Notes: generated by a model from the sequence alone, not told the origin. 64,000 nucleotides of DNA from Smithella sp. (GCA_035524255.1 DATKPG010000002.1:92192-156191), one strand, 5' to 3'; counted from the stretch's first letter, positions 1-12,735 are shown. Program-made: numbers and translations.

Positions 1-1
1 T

Positions 2-493
2 ATTGTGGTTTTCGAAGACGATGTCATTTTTGACAGATTTGACGCTGAACACTTCAAGCGATGCACCCAATTTTTAGGAAAACATCCTGATTGGAAAGTT
101 CTGCTCCTGGGAGCATTAATACGCTCCAGCCGTAAAACAACTAATCCTTACATACAAAAAGTACGCTATCAGAGCCTGGCACATGCGTATGCCATAAACA
201 GACCTTACGCAGAGACCCTTGCCTATCAGCCATGGCAGGGAATCATCATAGATACCCTGTTTCGTCCTCTGACAGATCACCTCTACGCAGTGTATCCCAT
301 GTTTGCGTTTCAAAACGATTTTTCCTCTGACAACGACAAAAAATATGAAGGGTTGGAGCGTTTCCGGAGATTATGCGGCGGATTGGAGAGAATTCAAAAG
401 GCAAATGAATTTTATATCAGGCATCAATTCGCTATAATCACATTTCATATCGTTATTATTTTATCGGTTATATTTTTTCTTCTGGCTCGATGA
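2..493 (+). CDS. glycosyltransferase family 25-like protein, C-terminal part (5' end lies outside the window)
   Basis: The reading frame is open to the left window edge. 'VFEDDVIF ... LLLG ... AHAYAI' resembles the core of LPS/LOS GT25 enzymes. The C-terminal tail is hydrophobic (IITFHIVIILSVIFFLL). Confidence 0.5.
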   Translation: MVVFEDDVIFDRFDAEHFKRCTQFLGKHPDWKVLLLGALIRSSRKTTNPYIQKVRYQSLAHAYAINRPYAETLAYQPWQGIIIDTLFRPLTDHLYAVYPMFAFQNDFSSDNDKKYEGLERFRRLCGGLERIQKANEFYIRHQFAIITFHIVIILSVIFFLLAR

Positions 494-556
494 TGCGGCC
501 GCTGTATTTTTCCAACGAACTGCAAAATACTGAACAGGTCATCGCAATGTTGCCGC

Positions 557-584
557 TTGACGCAAAAGACGTAATTGTTATAAA
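557..584 (+). promoter_or_regulatory. candidate sigma-70 promoter (TTGACG - 16 nt - TATAAA)
   Basis: -35 TTGACG at 557-562 and -10 TATAAA at 579-584. It faces about 350 nt that contain only micro-ORFs before the 942 CDS. Confidence 0.3.
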
Positions 585-941
585 ATATAGCCATATTATG
601 GAATGTTATCGCTTAAAAAACTCCACCGCGTAACCATATAGGGCAACGCATACTAAAGCATCTTGGAGGTAATCGTATGAGCGAGGACCTAGTATCTCCG
701 GCATATAACCGTATAATCAAAAGCATCAGAAAAAATCAAAGCGGAAAGATTCAAATACCTTCTATTCTCATACTTTGGGGCTAAGTGTATGGATTGCGGT
801 CACAAGGCGCAAGCGCATATCGGGTGGTTCCTGAAAATTAAGGCGGCTGATTCACCATGTGCGTCCGACCGCTTATTATCGCCCGCAAAGTGGTAACTTA
901 AAAACAAATTGGTATTACATCAAGGAGAAAGGAGAGTCATT

Positions 942-1115
942 ATGTCAAAACTTAATTTGACACCTGAAGAGGAAGCTAAGGTCTTGGAGATCCTTGAGAG
1001 ATATCTTCCGGAACTGGAACACGAAGCCGTCCACACAGACAGCAAGGAACTCCGTAAGTTTTTTATGGAACGGAAGGCATTCATGCAGGAGTTGATGCGG
1101 CGTCTGAAAAGCTGA
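942..1115 (+). CDS. small helical hypothetical protein (57 aa)
   Basis: ATG at 942 is preceded by a very strong SD (AAGGAGAAAGGAGAG). The TTG at 909 in the ORF track is less likely. I recognise no family. Confidence 0.5.
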   Translation: MSKLNLTPEEEAKVLEILERYLPELEHEAVHTDSKELRKFFMERKAFMQELMRRLKS

Positions 1116-1541
1116 CCACCTTTTTCTGACGACATTATAAAAATTGATAGACATTCTGTCAAACTCGGAGGAAAAGTTTCTTTCAAGCAGTTATTTTAAG
1201 CGGCAATAGCATAAATAGCCGCATCTTGAATTTTTGTACAAATTTTCGGATGAATTGGATTGCCTGAGGCAAATGTGATTTAGTATTTGCTTACTTACCC
1301 CAAAACACGCTACAGTAAATGATTATGCTACCGACTTTATCGACAAAAAAGTATTTAAATTGATTTCCGGATTATCTTACTATAATATCCGCCTTGAATT
1401 TATTGTCCCTTCCTGCTTATGTTCGCGAAGAGGAAGGGATTACATGTTGGCAATTCCATTTAACGTTTAGAGTGAAATCATAAAAATAACAAAGAAGGGA
1501 TTCATACTCCTATTTACCGTATTGCCGTCATTCAGGAATTT

Positions 1542-2498
1542 TTGAGCTATCCGATATCGAAACGTAAGAGATTCGTTTATTCCTCATGTCTTTTTTGTGG
1601 ACTGTTGTTTTTTCTGGTTTTACCTTCTCATGTGTTGGCTTTCGATTCTTCTTCAAATGATTTTAAGGAATACATGAGTCAATTGGAAAAACAAAACGCC
1701 CTTTATAGATGGACAGACATTCATCCCGGAGAAATACCATGGGTATATTATCGGATAACAAAAAACAAACACCCTCTTATGTTTGTTAATTTCGGTAACA
1801 GCGCCGGTAATTGCACTTTATTTTTAGGCTGCGTTCACGGTGATGAATTACCGGCTGCTTATCTTATGTTCAAACTTGCCCATTACGTGAAAGACAATCC
1901 CGGCTTGTTTCAAGACAAGTGTATTGTTATTGCGCCACTGGTCAATCCCGATGGTTTTTTGTCCACGCCACCAACTCGGGTTAATGCCAACAACGTCGAT
2001 ATTAACAGAAATTTCCCCACAAAAGACTGGCAGGCAAATGCGATGCGTCAATGGATAAAGACCAAAAGAAAAAGACGTTATTATCCAGGGGCAATCCCGG
2101 CGTCAGAGCAGGAAACACAGTTTCAGATTGCCCTGATCAAGAAATTCAAACCACAAAAAATATTGTCGGTACATTCACCGCTTAACTTTTTTGATTATGA
2201 TGGACGATCATCAGACTTAAATTCTTTTGAAAAATGGATGGAACAAGTATTTAAAGAGACAAATCATCCTTTAAAAAAATTCGGATATTATCCCGGCTCT
2301 CTAGGCAACTATGCCGGTCATGAACGCACGATTTTTACTTTAACACTTGAATTGCCTTCTTCCGATCCTGAACGTGGCCTTGAATATTTCCAAAGATTTC
2401 AACCATCCATATTAAAATTCATTAACCTGCCTGCCACCGGCGCACCGCCAGGTGTCAAGATTGTCAATAATTATAAGAAAATCAGCGACGAATTATAA
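1542..2498 (+). CDS. secreted M14-family zinc carboxypeptidase / murein-peptide amidase (MpaA-like)
   Basis: N-terminal signal peptide. HGDE (HxxE zinc site), NPDGF, NRNFP, SVHSP (third zinc ligand) and TLELP (catalytic Glu). TTG start; there is no in-frame ATG near the N-terminus. Confidence 0.8.
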   Translation: MSYPISKRKRFVYSSCLFCGLLFFLVLPSHVLAFDSSSNDFKEYMSQLEKQNALYRWTDIHPGEIPWVYYRITKNKHPLMFVNFGNSAGNCTLFLGCVHGDELPAAYLMFKLAHYVKDNPGLFQDKCIVIAPLVNPDGFLSTPPTRVNANNVDINRNFPTKDWQANAMRQWIKTKRKRRYYPGAIPASEQETQFQIALIKKFKPQKILSVHSPLNFFDYDGRSSDLNSFEKWMEQVFKETNHPLKKFGYYPGSLGNYAGHERTIFTLTLELPSSDPERGLEYFQRFQPSILKFINLPATGAPPGVKIVNNYKKISDEL

Positions 2499-2641
2499 TC
2501 AACTCGAAGCAAAATGATCTTATCGCCATTCTTCTCCCCAAGACGACCGGCAATCATTACCACATACTTCTGTCGATCTGATTTTCAGGCCGTACTAATT
2601 TATACTTTGCGGCAGAACATGATTTTTGTTATTAGTTTCCT

Positions 2642-3304
2642 ATGGATCAGGAAATGCTATTACTGAATAACAACGCGCTGCAATTCGGTATTGAACTGAA
2701 CAAGACGCAACTGGCTTTATTTGATGTTTATAGAGATGAGCTTTTACAGTGGAATGCCAAAACAAATTTGATTTCCGAAAATTCTTCCCGGGAAATTATC
2801 GCGCGTCACTTTCTGGATTCACTCTCAGCTTTGCCATTTATTCATACTCCTGCAGGCAAAATAATTGATATCGGCTGTGGCGCGGGCTTCCCCGGCCTTC
2901 CCTTGAAAATAGCGTTGCCTTTTTTACAAATTTATCTTCTGGAAACCAGTCGTAAAAAAGTTTCTTTCTTAAAACATATTATCCGTCTTTTGAATCTTTC
3001 ACAGGCCTTTGTGCTTCATGACCGCGTCGAAAATATTATGAAGACAGATTTGTGGAAGGAACAATTTGATATTGTCATTTCACGTGCCGCTTTTAAACTA
3101 TCCGAACTTCTGCCGCAAGGCGACTATTTTCTCATCCCGGGAGGGAAACTAATTGCCTTGAAAGGCTCTAATGTGGATGAAGAATTTACCCAATGCTCCC
3201 TCATTAAAAATCAGCATAAAATATCTCAATTTATTCAACATGATATAAATGCCCCCTGCTTGGGGGCACAGCGTAAAATTATTATCGCAGAAAAAACAAA
3301 ATAA
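2642..3304 (+). CDS. rsmG: 16S rRNA (guanine527-N7)-methyltransferase RsmG (GidB)
   Basis: SAM motif 'IIDIGCGAGFPGLPLKI', typical length (220 aa), and position directly upstream of parAB. Confidence 0.9.
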   Translation: MDQEMLLLNNNALQFGIELNKTQLALFDVYRDELLQWNAKTNLISENSSREIIARHFLDSLSALPFIHTPAGKIIDIGCGAGFPGLPLKIALPFLQIYLLETSRKKVSFLKHIIRLLNLSQAFVLHDRVENIMKTDLWKEQFDIVISRAAFKLSELLPQGDYFLIPGGKLIALKGSNVDEEFTQCSLIKNQHKISQFIQHDINAPCLGAQRKIIIAEKTK

Positions 3305-3394
3305 AGTAAAAAATCCTTCTAAAAAGAACTTTTTTATGCTAGTTCTAACACCGGTTCTTGCAAAAGAATTTATTTTTTTACGCTCCATAAAATA

Positions 3395-4162
3395 ATGAAT
3401 AAAATTATATGTATAGCAAACCAAAAGGGTGGTGTTGGTAAAACCACCACCGCAATAAATTTATCTGCTTCCCTGGCGGCGGCGGAAAAAAAAACTTTAC
3501 TCATTGATGGCGATTCTCAGGGTAATTCAACAAGCGGTATCGGCGCGGATAGAAATTCATTTCAGACGGCTAATTTATATCATGCGATGATCGGTCAGGT
3601 GCCTCTGAAGCAAGTCATTATCAACACGGCCATACCGCACCTTGATGTTGTTCCGTCTAATCAGGATCTGATCGGAATTGAAGTTGAGTTTGTCGGTCTG
3701 GAAGATAAAGAAAAGCGGTTGCGTAATTTATTGAGCTCTCTGGACAGTCATTATGATTTCATCGTCATTGATTGTCCTCCATCGCTGGGTGTTATGACCG
3801 TAAATGCCCTGGTCGCATCCGATTATTTGATTGTTCCTTTACAGTGCGAGTACTTTGCAATGGAAGGCTTGGGATATTTGCTTAACACGGTAAAACTGGT
3901 CAAGGCGCAATTAAATCCCAAGCTGGTCTTGGGCGGTATTTTATTGACGATGTTTGATCAGCGCAATTTATTATCTCATCGGGTCTCCGATGATGTGCGG
4001 AAACATTTTGGCGATAAGGTTTTTAAAACGGTGATCCCGCGTAATGTGCGGCTTTCGGAAAGTCCCAGTCACGGATTGCCTATTATTCTTTATGATATCA
4101 AATCGCGGGGCGCTTTGGCTTATATGGAGATGGCCGGAGAAATAATTCAGGGGGGGATGTAA
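3395..4162 (+). CDS. parA: chromosome partitioning ATPase ParA/Soj
   Basis: Deviant Walker A 'NQKGGVGKTTTAINL'. Also 'VIDCPPSLG' and 'IPRNVRLSESPSHG'. Confidence 0.93.
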   Translation: MNKIICIANQKGGVGKTTTAINLSASLAAAEKKTLLIDGDSQGNSTSGIGADRNSFQTANLYHAMIGQVPLKQVIINTAIPHLDVVPSNQDLIGIEVEFVGLEDKEKRLRNLLSSLDSHYDFIVIDCPPSLGVMTVNALVASDYLIVPLQCEYFAMEGLGYLLNTVKLVKAQLNPKLVLGGILLTMFDQRNLLSHRVSDDVRKHFGDKVFKTVIPRNVRLSESPSHGLPIILYDIKSRGALAYMEMAGEIIQGGM

Positions 4163-5020
4163 ATGGCGCAAAAAAATGTGCTTGGTAAAGGACTTGGCGC
4201 AATTTTTCCGGATTTATTAAATGACTTTGATAAAAAAAAGGCCGTTTTATCCTGCGGCATTGAAGAACTGCGGCCAAACCGTTATCAACCCCGTAAAATT
4301 TTTAATGATCAAAATCAAAAGCAGCTTATTGATTCCATCAAAAACAGCGGTATTATTCAGCCGATTATTGTCCGCAGGGCTGAAAAGGGATATGAAATTA
4401 TCGCCGGAGAGCGGCGTTGGAGAGCGGCTCAGTCCATAGGTTTAAAAGATGTACCTATTGTCATTCGCGAAGCGACGGATATGCAGGCGGCCGAAATGTC
4501 TTTGATTGAAAATATTCAGCGTGAGGAATTAAACCCTCTGGAAGAAGCCGATGCCTATGTAACATTAATTGAAAAATTCAATCTTTCTCAGGAAGAAATT
4601 TCTTCGAGAGTGGGCAAAGATCGTTCCACTGTTGCCAATACCATTCGTCTTTTGAAACTGCCGGCTAAAGCAAAAGCAGCTCTTACGGAAAAGAAAATTT
4701 CTTCAGGCCATGCCCGCTGCTTACTGGCATGCAGTTCGACAGAAGAACAACTTGCGGCACTGGCTTTAATCTTAAAAAAAGATTTAAATGTCCGGGAAAC
4801 AGAACGTTTAATACAAAACGCAAAAAAAATTCATACGGCTAAAAGACAAGATTTCAAACAAGACCGCTTTCTTGCTGATCTGGAAAAATTACTCACAGAA
4901 AAGGTCATGGCGAAAGTGCAAATTAAAGGATCGGCAAAGAAGGGATTGGTCGAAATTCGTTATACATCGATGGATGAATTAAACCGGTTAGCTGATTTAA
5001 TTCTTGAAAATTTCAAATAA
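4163..5020 (+). CDS. parB: chromosome partitioning protein ParB/Spo0J
   Basis: ParB box 'IIAGERRWRAA', HTH 'SQEEISSRVGKDRSTVANTIRLLKL'. The start abuts the parA stop. Confidence 0.93.
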   Translation: MAQKNVLGKGLGAIFPDLLNDFDKKKAVLSCGIEELRPNRYQPRKIFNDQNQKQLIDSIKNSGIIQPIIVRRAEKGYEIIAGERRWRAAQSIGLKDVPIVIREATDMQAAEMSLIENIQREELNPLEEADAYVTLIEKFNLSQEEISSRVGKDRSTVANTIRLLKLPAKAKAALTEKKISSGHARCLLACSSTEEQLAALALILKKDLNVRETERLIQNAKKIHTAKRQDFKQDRFLADLEKLLTEKVMAKVQIKGSAKKGLVEIRYTSMDELNRLADLILENFK

Positions 5021-5031
5021 TATCTGTATTC

Positions 5032-5061
5032 CACACTTATCAACAATTGTTGATAAGTGTG
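5032..5061. promoter_or_regulatory. perfect 30-bp palindrome made of two inverted DnaA-box-like sites (TTATCAACA)
   Basis: cacacttatcaacaa|ttgttgataagtgtg. It lies 11 nt after the parB stop and 17 nt before the dnaA ATG. Each arm is 1 mismatch from TTATCCACA. It could also act as the parB terminator hairpin. Confidence 0.5.
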
Positions 5062-5078
5062 TTTATAAAGGTCGTTAA

Positions 5079-6431
5079 ATGGAAGATTTTTGGGGGAAAA
5101 CGAGTAAATTTATTCAAGAAAAAATAAGTAAGCAAAATTTTGATACATGGATAAAACCTATTAAAATTGTTGCCATGGAAGACCAGCGTGTACAATTGGC
5201 TGTGCCCAATAAATTTTTTAAAGATTGGCTTTTAGAAAATTATACCTCTACCATTAAGCAATCTTTGAAAGCTGCCGCAGGTATTGATGTTGATATTGAT
5301 TTTGTTCTATTAAAAAATCAGGACAATATCACCGATTCGTCATCCAGGCAGACGACGAATACTAAACATACGTCAACATCTACTAACATAAAAAGCAATA
5401 ACTTTTCTTTTCTTAACAATAATTACAACTTCGACAGGTTTGTTGTAGGTGCGTGTAATCAATTTGCCCATGCCGCTTCCATTGCCGTAGCCAAACAACC
5501 GGCTAAAAATTATAATCCATTATTTATTTATGGAGGATCCGGTTTAGGGAAAACTCACCTATTGAATGCAATCGGCCTTCTCTCGTCTTCGATCCATCCG
5601 ACACTGAATATCATGTATGTTTCCGCGGAAGAATTTATGAATGAAATGATTAATTCCATTCGTTATGACCGCATGCCAAAATTTAGGGAAAAATATCGAA
5701 ATATCAGTTGCTTGCTCATTGATGACATTCATTTTTTGGCCGGAAAAGAAAGAACGCAGGAAGAATTTTTCCATACTTTCAACACCTTGCATGATTCCGG
5801 AAAACAAATAGTCGTCACCAGCGATAAATTTCCAAAGGATATTCCTAACCTGGAGAGCAGACTACGTTCCCGTTTTGAATGGGGTCTGATTGCCGATATT
5901 CAACCGCCGGAAATAGAAACTAAAATTGCTATCATTGAAAAGAAAATTCAGGAAAATAAAATTGAGTTACCGCATAATGTCATTCATTATATCGCATCTC
6001 ATGTGGAATCCAATATTCGTGAATTGGAAGGCTTTTTAGTGAGAATAGGCGCTTATTCATCTTTAACAGGCAGAGAAATTGATTTAGATTTAGTCAAGGA
6101 AGTATTAAGCAGTTTGGTTAAGCGTAACAAACAAGGAGATGTAAGTGTTGAAGAAATCATTAAGGTGATCGCTGGAAAATTAAATATAAAAATATCCGAC
6201 ATCAAAGCTCATAATAAAAATAAAAACATTGTATTCGCAAGACAAATTGTCATGTATTTAGCAAGAAAATTAACCAATAATTCTTTTCCTGATATCGGTC
6301 AAAAAATTGGCGGGCGTGATCATTCCACGGTAATTTATGCTAATAATAAAATGTTAAATAGCATCAAAACAGATCCTAAGTTAAAAGTTTTAATTCAGGA
6401 ACTGGAGGATACTTTAATGAACAAATCATAA
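5079..6431 (+). CDS. dnaA: chromosomal replication initiator DnaA
   Basis: Walker A 'GGSGLGKTHL', 'LLIDDIHFL', sensor 'SNIRELEG', and C-terminal DNA-binding domain 'GGRDHSTVIYA'. The domain II linker is low-complexity. Confidence 0.97.
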   Translation: MEDFWGKTSKFIQEKISKQNFDTWIKPIKIVAMEDQRVQLAVPNKFFKDWLLENYTSTIKQSLKAAAGIDVDIDFVLLKNQDNITDSSSRQTTNTKHTSTSTNIKSNNFSFLNNNYNFDRFVVGACNQFAHAASIAVAKQPAKNYNPLFIYGGSGLGKTHLLNAIGLLSSSIHPTLNIMYVSAEEFMNEMINSIRYDRMPKFREKYRNISCLLIDDIHFLAGKERTQEEFFHTFNTLHDSGKQIVVTSDKFPKDIPNLESRLRSRFEWGLIADIQPPEIETKIAIIEKKIQENKIELPHNVIHYIASHVESNIRELEGFLVRIGAYSSLTGREIDLDLVKEVLSSLVKRNKQGDVSVEEIIKVIAGKLNIKISDIKAHNKNKNIVFARQIVMYLARKLTNNSFPDIGQKIGGRDHSTVIYANNKMLNSIKTDPKLKVLIQELEDTLMNKS

Positions 6432-6588
6432 ACTTTTTTATAAGACTTTATAAACAGGTTAAAGTGTTTAAAGTCTTTATTATGGCTATTAAAATTTTTT
6501 CAATCAACATATCCACAAGCTTTACTATTAATACTAATTATATATAAGAAAAAAAATATAATATTAAGATAAAAAACAAGGAGGAAAA
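6432..6588. other. AT-rich dnaA-dnaN spacer; candidate DNA-unwinding / partial oriC module
   Basis: Very AT-rich by eye, with long A/T runs (attaatactaattatatataagaaaaaaaatataatattaag). One near-consensus DnaA box, ATATCCACA, at 6509-6517. Confidence 0.3.
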
Positions 6589-7698
6589 ATGGAATTTAAA
6601 ATAAACAGAGAAACCTTTCTTGATGGTATTCAAAAAACATTGGGTATTGTCGAAAAAAAGACAACCATACCTATTTTAAATAATATTCTTTTAAAAGCTG
6701 AAAACAATAAACTTAAAATAATTGCTACGGACAGGGAAATAATTCTAATCTCTGATTACGATGCGGAAATATCTGAAAATGGTGAAATAACTATTTCAGC
6801 AAAAAAAATGTATGAAATGATCAGAGAAATTCAGGGTGAAGTTATTAATTTCACTCAGAAAAATAATATCGTAAAAATATCATCTCAAAGGGCATTTTAC
6901 AAAATACCGGGACTGCCGGCCGAAGATTTTCCAAGTATTACCGATGATAAGGATATTCCTCTCTATAAAATAAAAGGAATGGTCATCAAAGATTTAATTA
7001 ATAAAACAGCCTTCGCCATGGCAACGGATGAAAGCAGAAAAAATCTAAATGGGGTTTTATTGGAAGAAGGAGTGGATGGAGTAGATCACTTGTTAAGAAT
7101 GGTGGCTACTGACGGTCATCGTTTAGCGTTGGCGAAAGGTTTAATATCCGGACCTTTTTTAAAGACGGGAAAAGGGATCATTATTCCCCGCAAGGGATTA
7201 ATGGAAATAAAAAAAATTATTGATGAAAATGAAGAAGTTAAAATAGGTTTACATAAAAATATGTTTGTTGTGAAAACTGAAAACACTCTTTTAAAAGTCA
7301 GTCTGGTTGATGCGGATTATCCGGATTATAAAAAAGTCATTTCCACTGAAAAAGGAATTAGAGTTGTTTTGGAAAAAGAATATTTTCTGCATGCTTTAAA
7401 GCGAATGAGTGTTGTGTCATCAGAGCGGTATGGTGGAGTTATTCTTTCTTTTTCCAAAGGGAAGTTAACACTTAATTCCACCAATCTGGACGTCGGTGAA
7501 GCCACAGAAGAGATCGATATAGATTATGCCGGAGAAGTGATTGATAGTGGATTTAATGTAAATTATTTAATTGACGCCATATCGGTGATTAATAAAGATA
7601 ATATTCTGTTGGAAGTTGGGGTGGGATTAAAACCATCCCTGATAAAACATACCGAAGATGACAGTTATTTATGTATAATTATGCCTTTAAAAATCTAG
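6589..7698 (+). CDS. dnaN: DNA polymerase III beta sliding clamp DnaN
   Basis: 369 aa, with 'ATDGHRLA' and C-terminal 'IMPLKI'. SD is AAGGAGGA. Confidence 0.97.
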   Translation: MEFKINRETFLDGIQKTLGIVEKKTTIPILNNILLKAENNKLKIIATDREIILISDYDAEISENGEITISAKKMYEMIREIQGEVINFTQKNNIVKISSQRAFYKIPGLPAEDFPSITDDKDIPLYKIKGMVIKDLINKTAFAMATDESRKNLNGVLLEEGVDGVDHLLRMVATDGHRLALAKGLISGPFLKTGKGIIIPRKGLMEIKKIIDENEEVKIGLHKNMFVVKTENTLLKVSLVDADYPDYKKVISTEKGIRVVLEKEYFLHALKRMSVVSSERYGGVILSFSKGKLTLNSTNLDVGEATEEIDIDYAGEVIDSGFNVNYLIDAISVINKDNILLEVGVGLKPSLIKHTEDDSYLCIIMPLKI

Positions 7699-7716
7699 CA
7701 ACAGAGAGGAAGTTGA

Positions 7717-10131
<2,415 letters not shown>

Positions 10132-10202
10132 AAAAAATTTTAAATTATTCATAGTGATGGCGGGGTATCGGCCCGCTTTTTATTGAGAGAGGAAGGAACG
10201 AA

Positions 10203-12716
10203 ATGGAACGTGATATCCACCACAAGCAAACGCTGGTGAATATAGAAGATGAAATGAAAAAATCATACATGGATTACGCAATGAGCGTTATCATCGGCCG
10301 GGCGATTCCCGATGTGCGCGATGGTTTAAAACCGGTCCATCGCCGCATTCTGTATGCCATGTATGAGATGGGCAATCGCCATAATAAACCTTACAAAAAA
10401 TGCGCGCGTGTCGTTGGCGATATCATGGGTAAATATCATCCGCACGGCGACGCGGCCATTTATGATACGCTGGTACGTATGGCGCAGGATTTTTCTTTGC
10501 GTTATATGCTGGTGGACGGACAGGGGAACTTCGGCTCTATTGACGGCGATCCTCCCGCGGCGATGCGTTACACGGAAAGCCGTCTGGCCAGGATTTCCGA
10601 TGAAGTCATGGCCGATCTGGAAAAAGACACGGTTGATTTCGTGCCCAATTACGACGAATCGCTGACGGAGCCTTCGATTCTGGCGACGCGCCTTCCGCTT
10701 TTTCTGTTGAACGGAACAGCGGGTATCGCCGTCGGTATGGCGACGAATGTTCCTCCCCATAATTTGACGGAAGTGATCAATGGCACTATCGCTTGTATTA
10801 AGAATCCCGCTATTACCGTGGAACAGCTTATGCGCCTCATTCCGGGACCTGATTTTCCCACCGCGGGATTTATCAATGGACGGGAAGGAATTGTTGCCGC
10901 CTATAAAACGGGACGCGGCATCATCCGGCTGAGGGCGCGGGCGCTGATTGAAAAGAATGCCCGCAACGATAAGGAAAGCATTGTCATTACAGAACTTCCT
11001 TATCAGGTCAATAAAGCCACGTTGATTGAAAAAATATCGGAACTGGTGCGTGATAAGAAAATTTCTGGAATCTCGGATTTACGGGACGAATCCGACCGGG
11101 ATGGCATTCGTGTCGTGATTGATTTAAAACGCGATGAAAATTCGGCCATCATTCTTAATCAGCTTTATAAATTCACTCAGATGGAAAGTTCGTTCGGTAT
11201 CATTATGCTTGCGATATCCGAAGGCCGTCCGCAGGTATTCAACCTCAAGGAAGTGCTCGAAAAATTCATCGTGTTCCGCAGGGACGTTGTCGTGCGCCGT
11301 ACGCAGTTTGATCTGGCGCGTGCCAAAGAACGGGCGCATATACTGGAAGGCTATATCATTGCGCTGAACAACATTGATGAAATCATCAAAGTCATTAAGG
11401 CATCCAAAAATGCCGCCGACGCGTCGGTAGCGTTATGCGCGAAATTTCATTTGTCGGAAATTCAGGCCAAAGCTATTCTGGAGATGAGACTACAACGTCT
11501 GACGGGCCTGGAGAGAGCCAAGATTGATGAAGAATACGCCGAGGTGACGGCGCTCATTGCCAAACTTGCGGGAATTCTTGCGGATCCGCAGAAAGTTCTG
11601 CAGGTCATCATTGACGAACTGAATGAAATTAAAGAAAAATACGGCGATGAGCGACGAACGGAAATTGTCGCTAGCTCCGAAGATATCAACATTGAGGACA
11701 TGATCGTCGAAGAAGACATGGTTGTGACGATTTCCCATTCCGGCTATATCAAGCGCAACGCGGTCAGTCTTTATAAGAGCCAGCATCGCGGCGGCCGGGG
11801 CAAGGTTGGCATGGGCACCAAAGAAGAAGATTTCGTGGAAAAAATATTCATTGCCTCCACCCATCATTATCTGCTGGTCTTTACCAGCGCTGGAAAAGTG
11901 CACTGGCTGAAAGTTTATCAGATTCCGCAGGCGGGACGCGCCGCAAAAGGCAAAGCCATGGTCAATCTGGTGAATCTTGCACCGGGTGAACGCGTGACGG
12001 CAACCCTGCCTGTGCGTGAATTTGTGGTGGACAAATTTATTGTCATGGTCACGAAGAAAGGTATCATAAAGAAAACAGAGCTTGCTGCATACGCTAATCC
12101 TCGTTCCGGAGGCATCATTGCCATTTCCATTGATGCGGGCGATGAACTTGTGGATGTGCAGTTGACGACAGGCAATCAGGATATCTTTTTAGGAACACGG
12201 CAGGGCATGGCCATTCGTTTCAGGGAAGATGATGTGCGCGATATGGGCAGAACTGCGCGCGGTGTGCGCGGCATTAATCTGGACGAAGGCGATGAAGTCA
12301 TTGGCGTCGAAATTCCCGCCCATGATACTTTTATGCTCACGGTTTCCGAAAATGGTTTTGGCAAATGCACGCCGATTGATGAATATCGCGTGCAAGCCCG
12401 CGGCGGCAAAGGGACTATCAACTTAAAGACGGTTGCCAAGGTTGGCAGTGTCTCCGGCGTGCTGCAGGTGCAGGGTGAAGAGAATATCATGTTGATCAGC
12501 AATGCCGGCAAAGTCATCCGCTTGAAGGTACAGGAAGTTCCGGTCAATCATCGTGTTACACAGGGCGTAAAACTTATCGATCTGGAACCGGAAGAAAAAC
12601 TGGTTGGCGTTGCCCGCACGACATCAGAGACCGAAGGTAAGGACGATGCCAATGGTAATGGTGACGATGAAACAGATCTGATACCGGAAGACAATGGCAC
12701 ACCTCAAGAAGATTAA
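10203..12716 (+). CDS. gyrA: DNA gyrase subunit A
   Basis: 'GKYHPHGD', active-site 'AMRYTE', beta-pinwheel CTD repeats and an acidic tail. Confidence 0.98.
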   Translation: MERDIHHKQTLVNIEDEMKKSYMDYAMSVIIGRAIPDVRDGLKPVHRRILYAMYEMGNRHNKPYKKCARVVGDIMGKYHPHGDAAIYDTLVRMAQDFSLRYMLVDGQGNFGSIDGDPPAAMRYTESRLARISDEVMADLEKDTVDFVPNYDESLTEPSILATRLPLFLLNGTAGIAVGMATNVPPHNLTEVINGTIACIKNPAITVEQLMRLIPGPDFPTAGFINGREGIVAAYKTGRGIIRLRARALIEKNARNDKESIVITELPYQVNKATLIEKISELVRDKKISGISDLRDESDRDGIRVVIDLKRDENSAIILNQLYKFTQMESSFGIIMLAISEGRPQVFNLKEVLEKFIVFRRDVVVRRTQFDLARAKERAHILEGYIIALNNIDEIIKVIKASKNAADASVALCAKFHLSEIQAKAILEMRLQRLTGLERAKIDEEYAEVTALIAKLAGILADPQKVLQVIIDELNEIKEKYGDERRTEIVASSEDINIEDMIVEEDMVVTISHSGYIKRNAVSLYKSQHRGGRGKVGMGTKEEDFVEKIFIASTHHYLLVFTSAGKVHWLKVYQIPQAGRAAKGKAMVNLVNLAPGERVTATLPVREFVVDKFIVMVTKKGIIKKTELAAYANPRSGGIIAISIDAGDELVDVQLTTGNQDIFLGTRQGMAIRFREDDVRDMGRTARGVRGINLDEGDEVIGVEIPAHDTFMLTVSENGFGKCTPIDEYRVQARGGKGTINLKTVAKVGSVSGVLQVQGEENIMLISNAGKVIRLKVQEVPVNHRVTQGVKLIDLEPEEKLVGVARTTSETEGKDDANGNGDDETDLIPEDNGTPQED

Positions 12717-12735
12717 GGCTTCAAAATCTATAAGC

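Noticed and set aside
600-700. A possible riboswitch (c-di-GMP-I/GEMM-like 'gggcaacgcatactaaagca') downstream of the 557 promoter.
   Set aside because: The similarity is only loose. The conserved GEMM helices and the 'ACGCAAAGC' context are not reproduced, and I could not fold the expected two-hairpin structure.
909-941. The upstream TTG start giving the 68-aa version of the small ORF. Similar long N-terminal extensions appear in the track for paaK (19348), the PhoU-like gene (33949), htrA (44366), mutM (38572) and hisH (48528).
   Set aside because: Downstream ATGs have proper SD spacing and restore the canonical family N-termini (for example MPELPEVE for Fpg and MIAIINY for HisH).
3073-3088. 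A parS-like sequence, tgtcatttcacgtgcc, inside rsmG.
   Set aside because: Only the central TTTCACGTG matches (about 9 of 16 positions). The right arm is absent, so it is unlikely to bind ParB.
10326-12547. Many 60-144 aa ORFs on both strands inside gyrA (for example 10326-10760 -, 11490-11903 -, 12176-12547 -).
   Set aside because: They lie fully inside a confidently identified, motif-rich gyrA frame. Their translations are Arg/Ser/Pro-rich low-complexity sequences typical of shadow frames, with no SDs.
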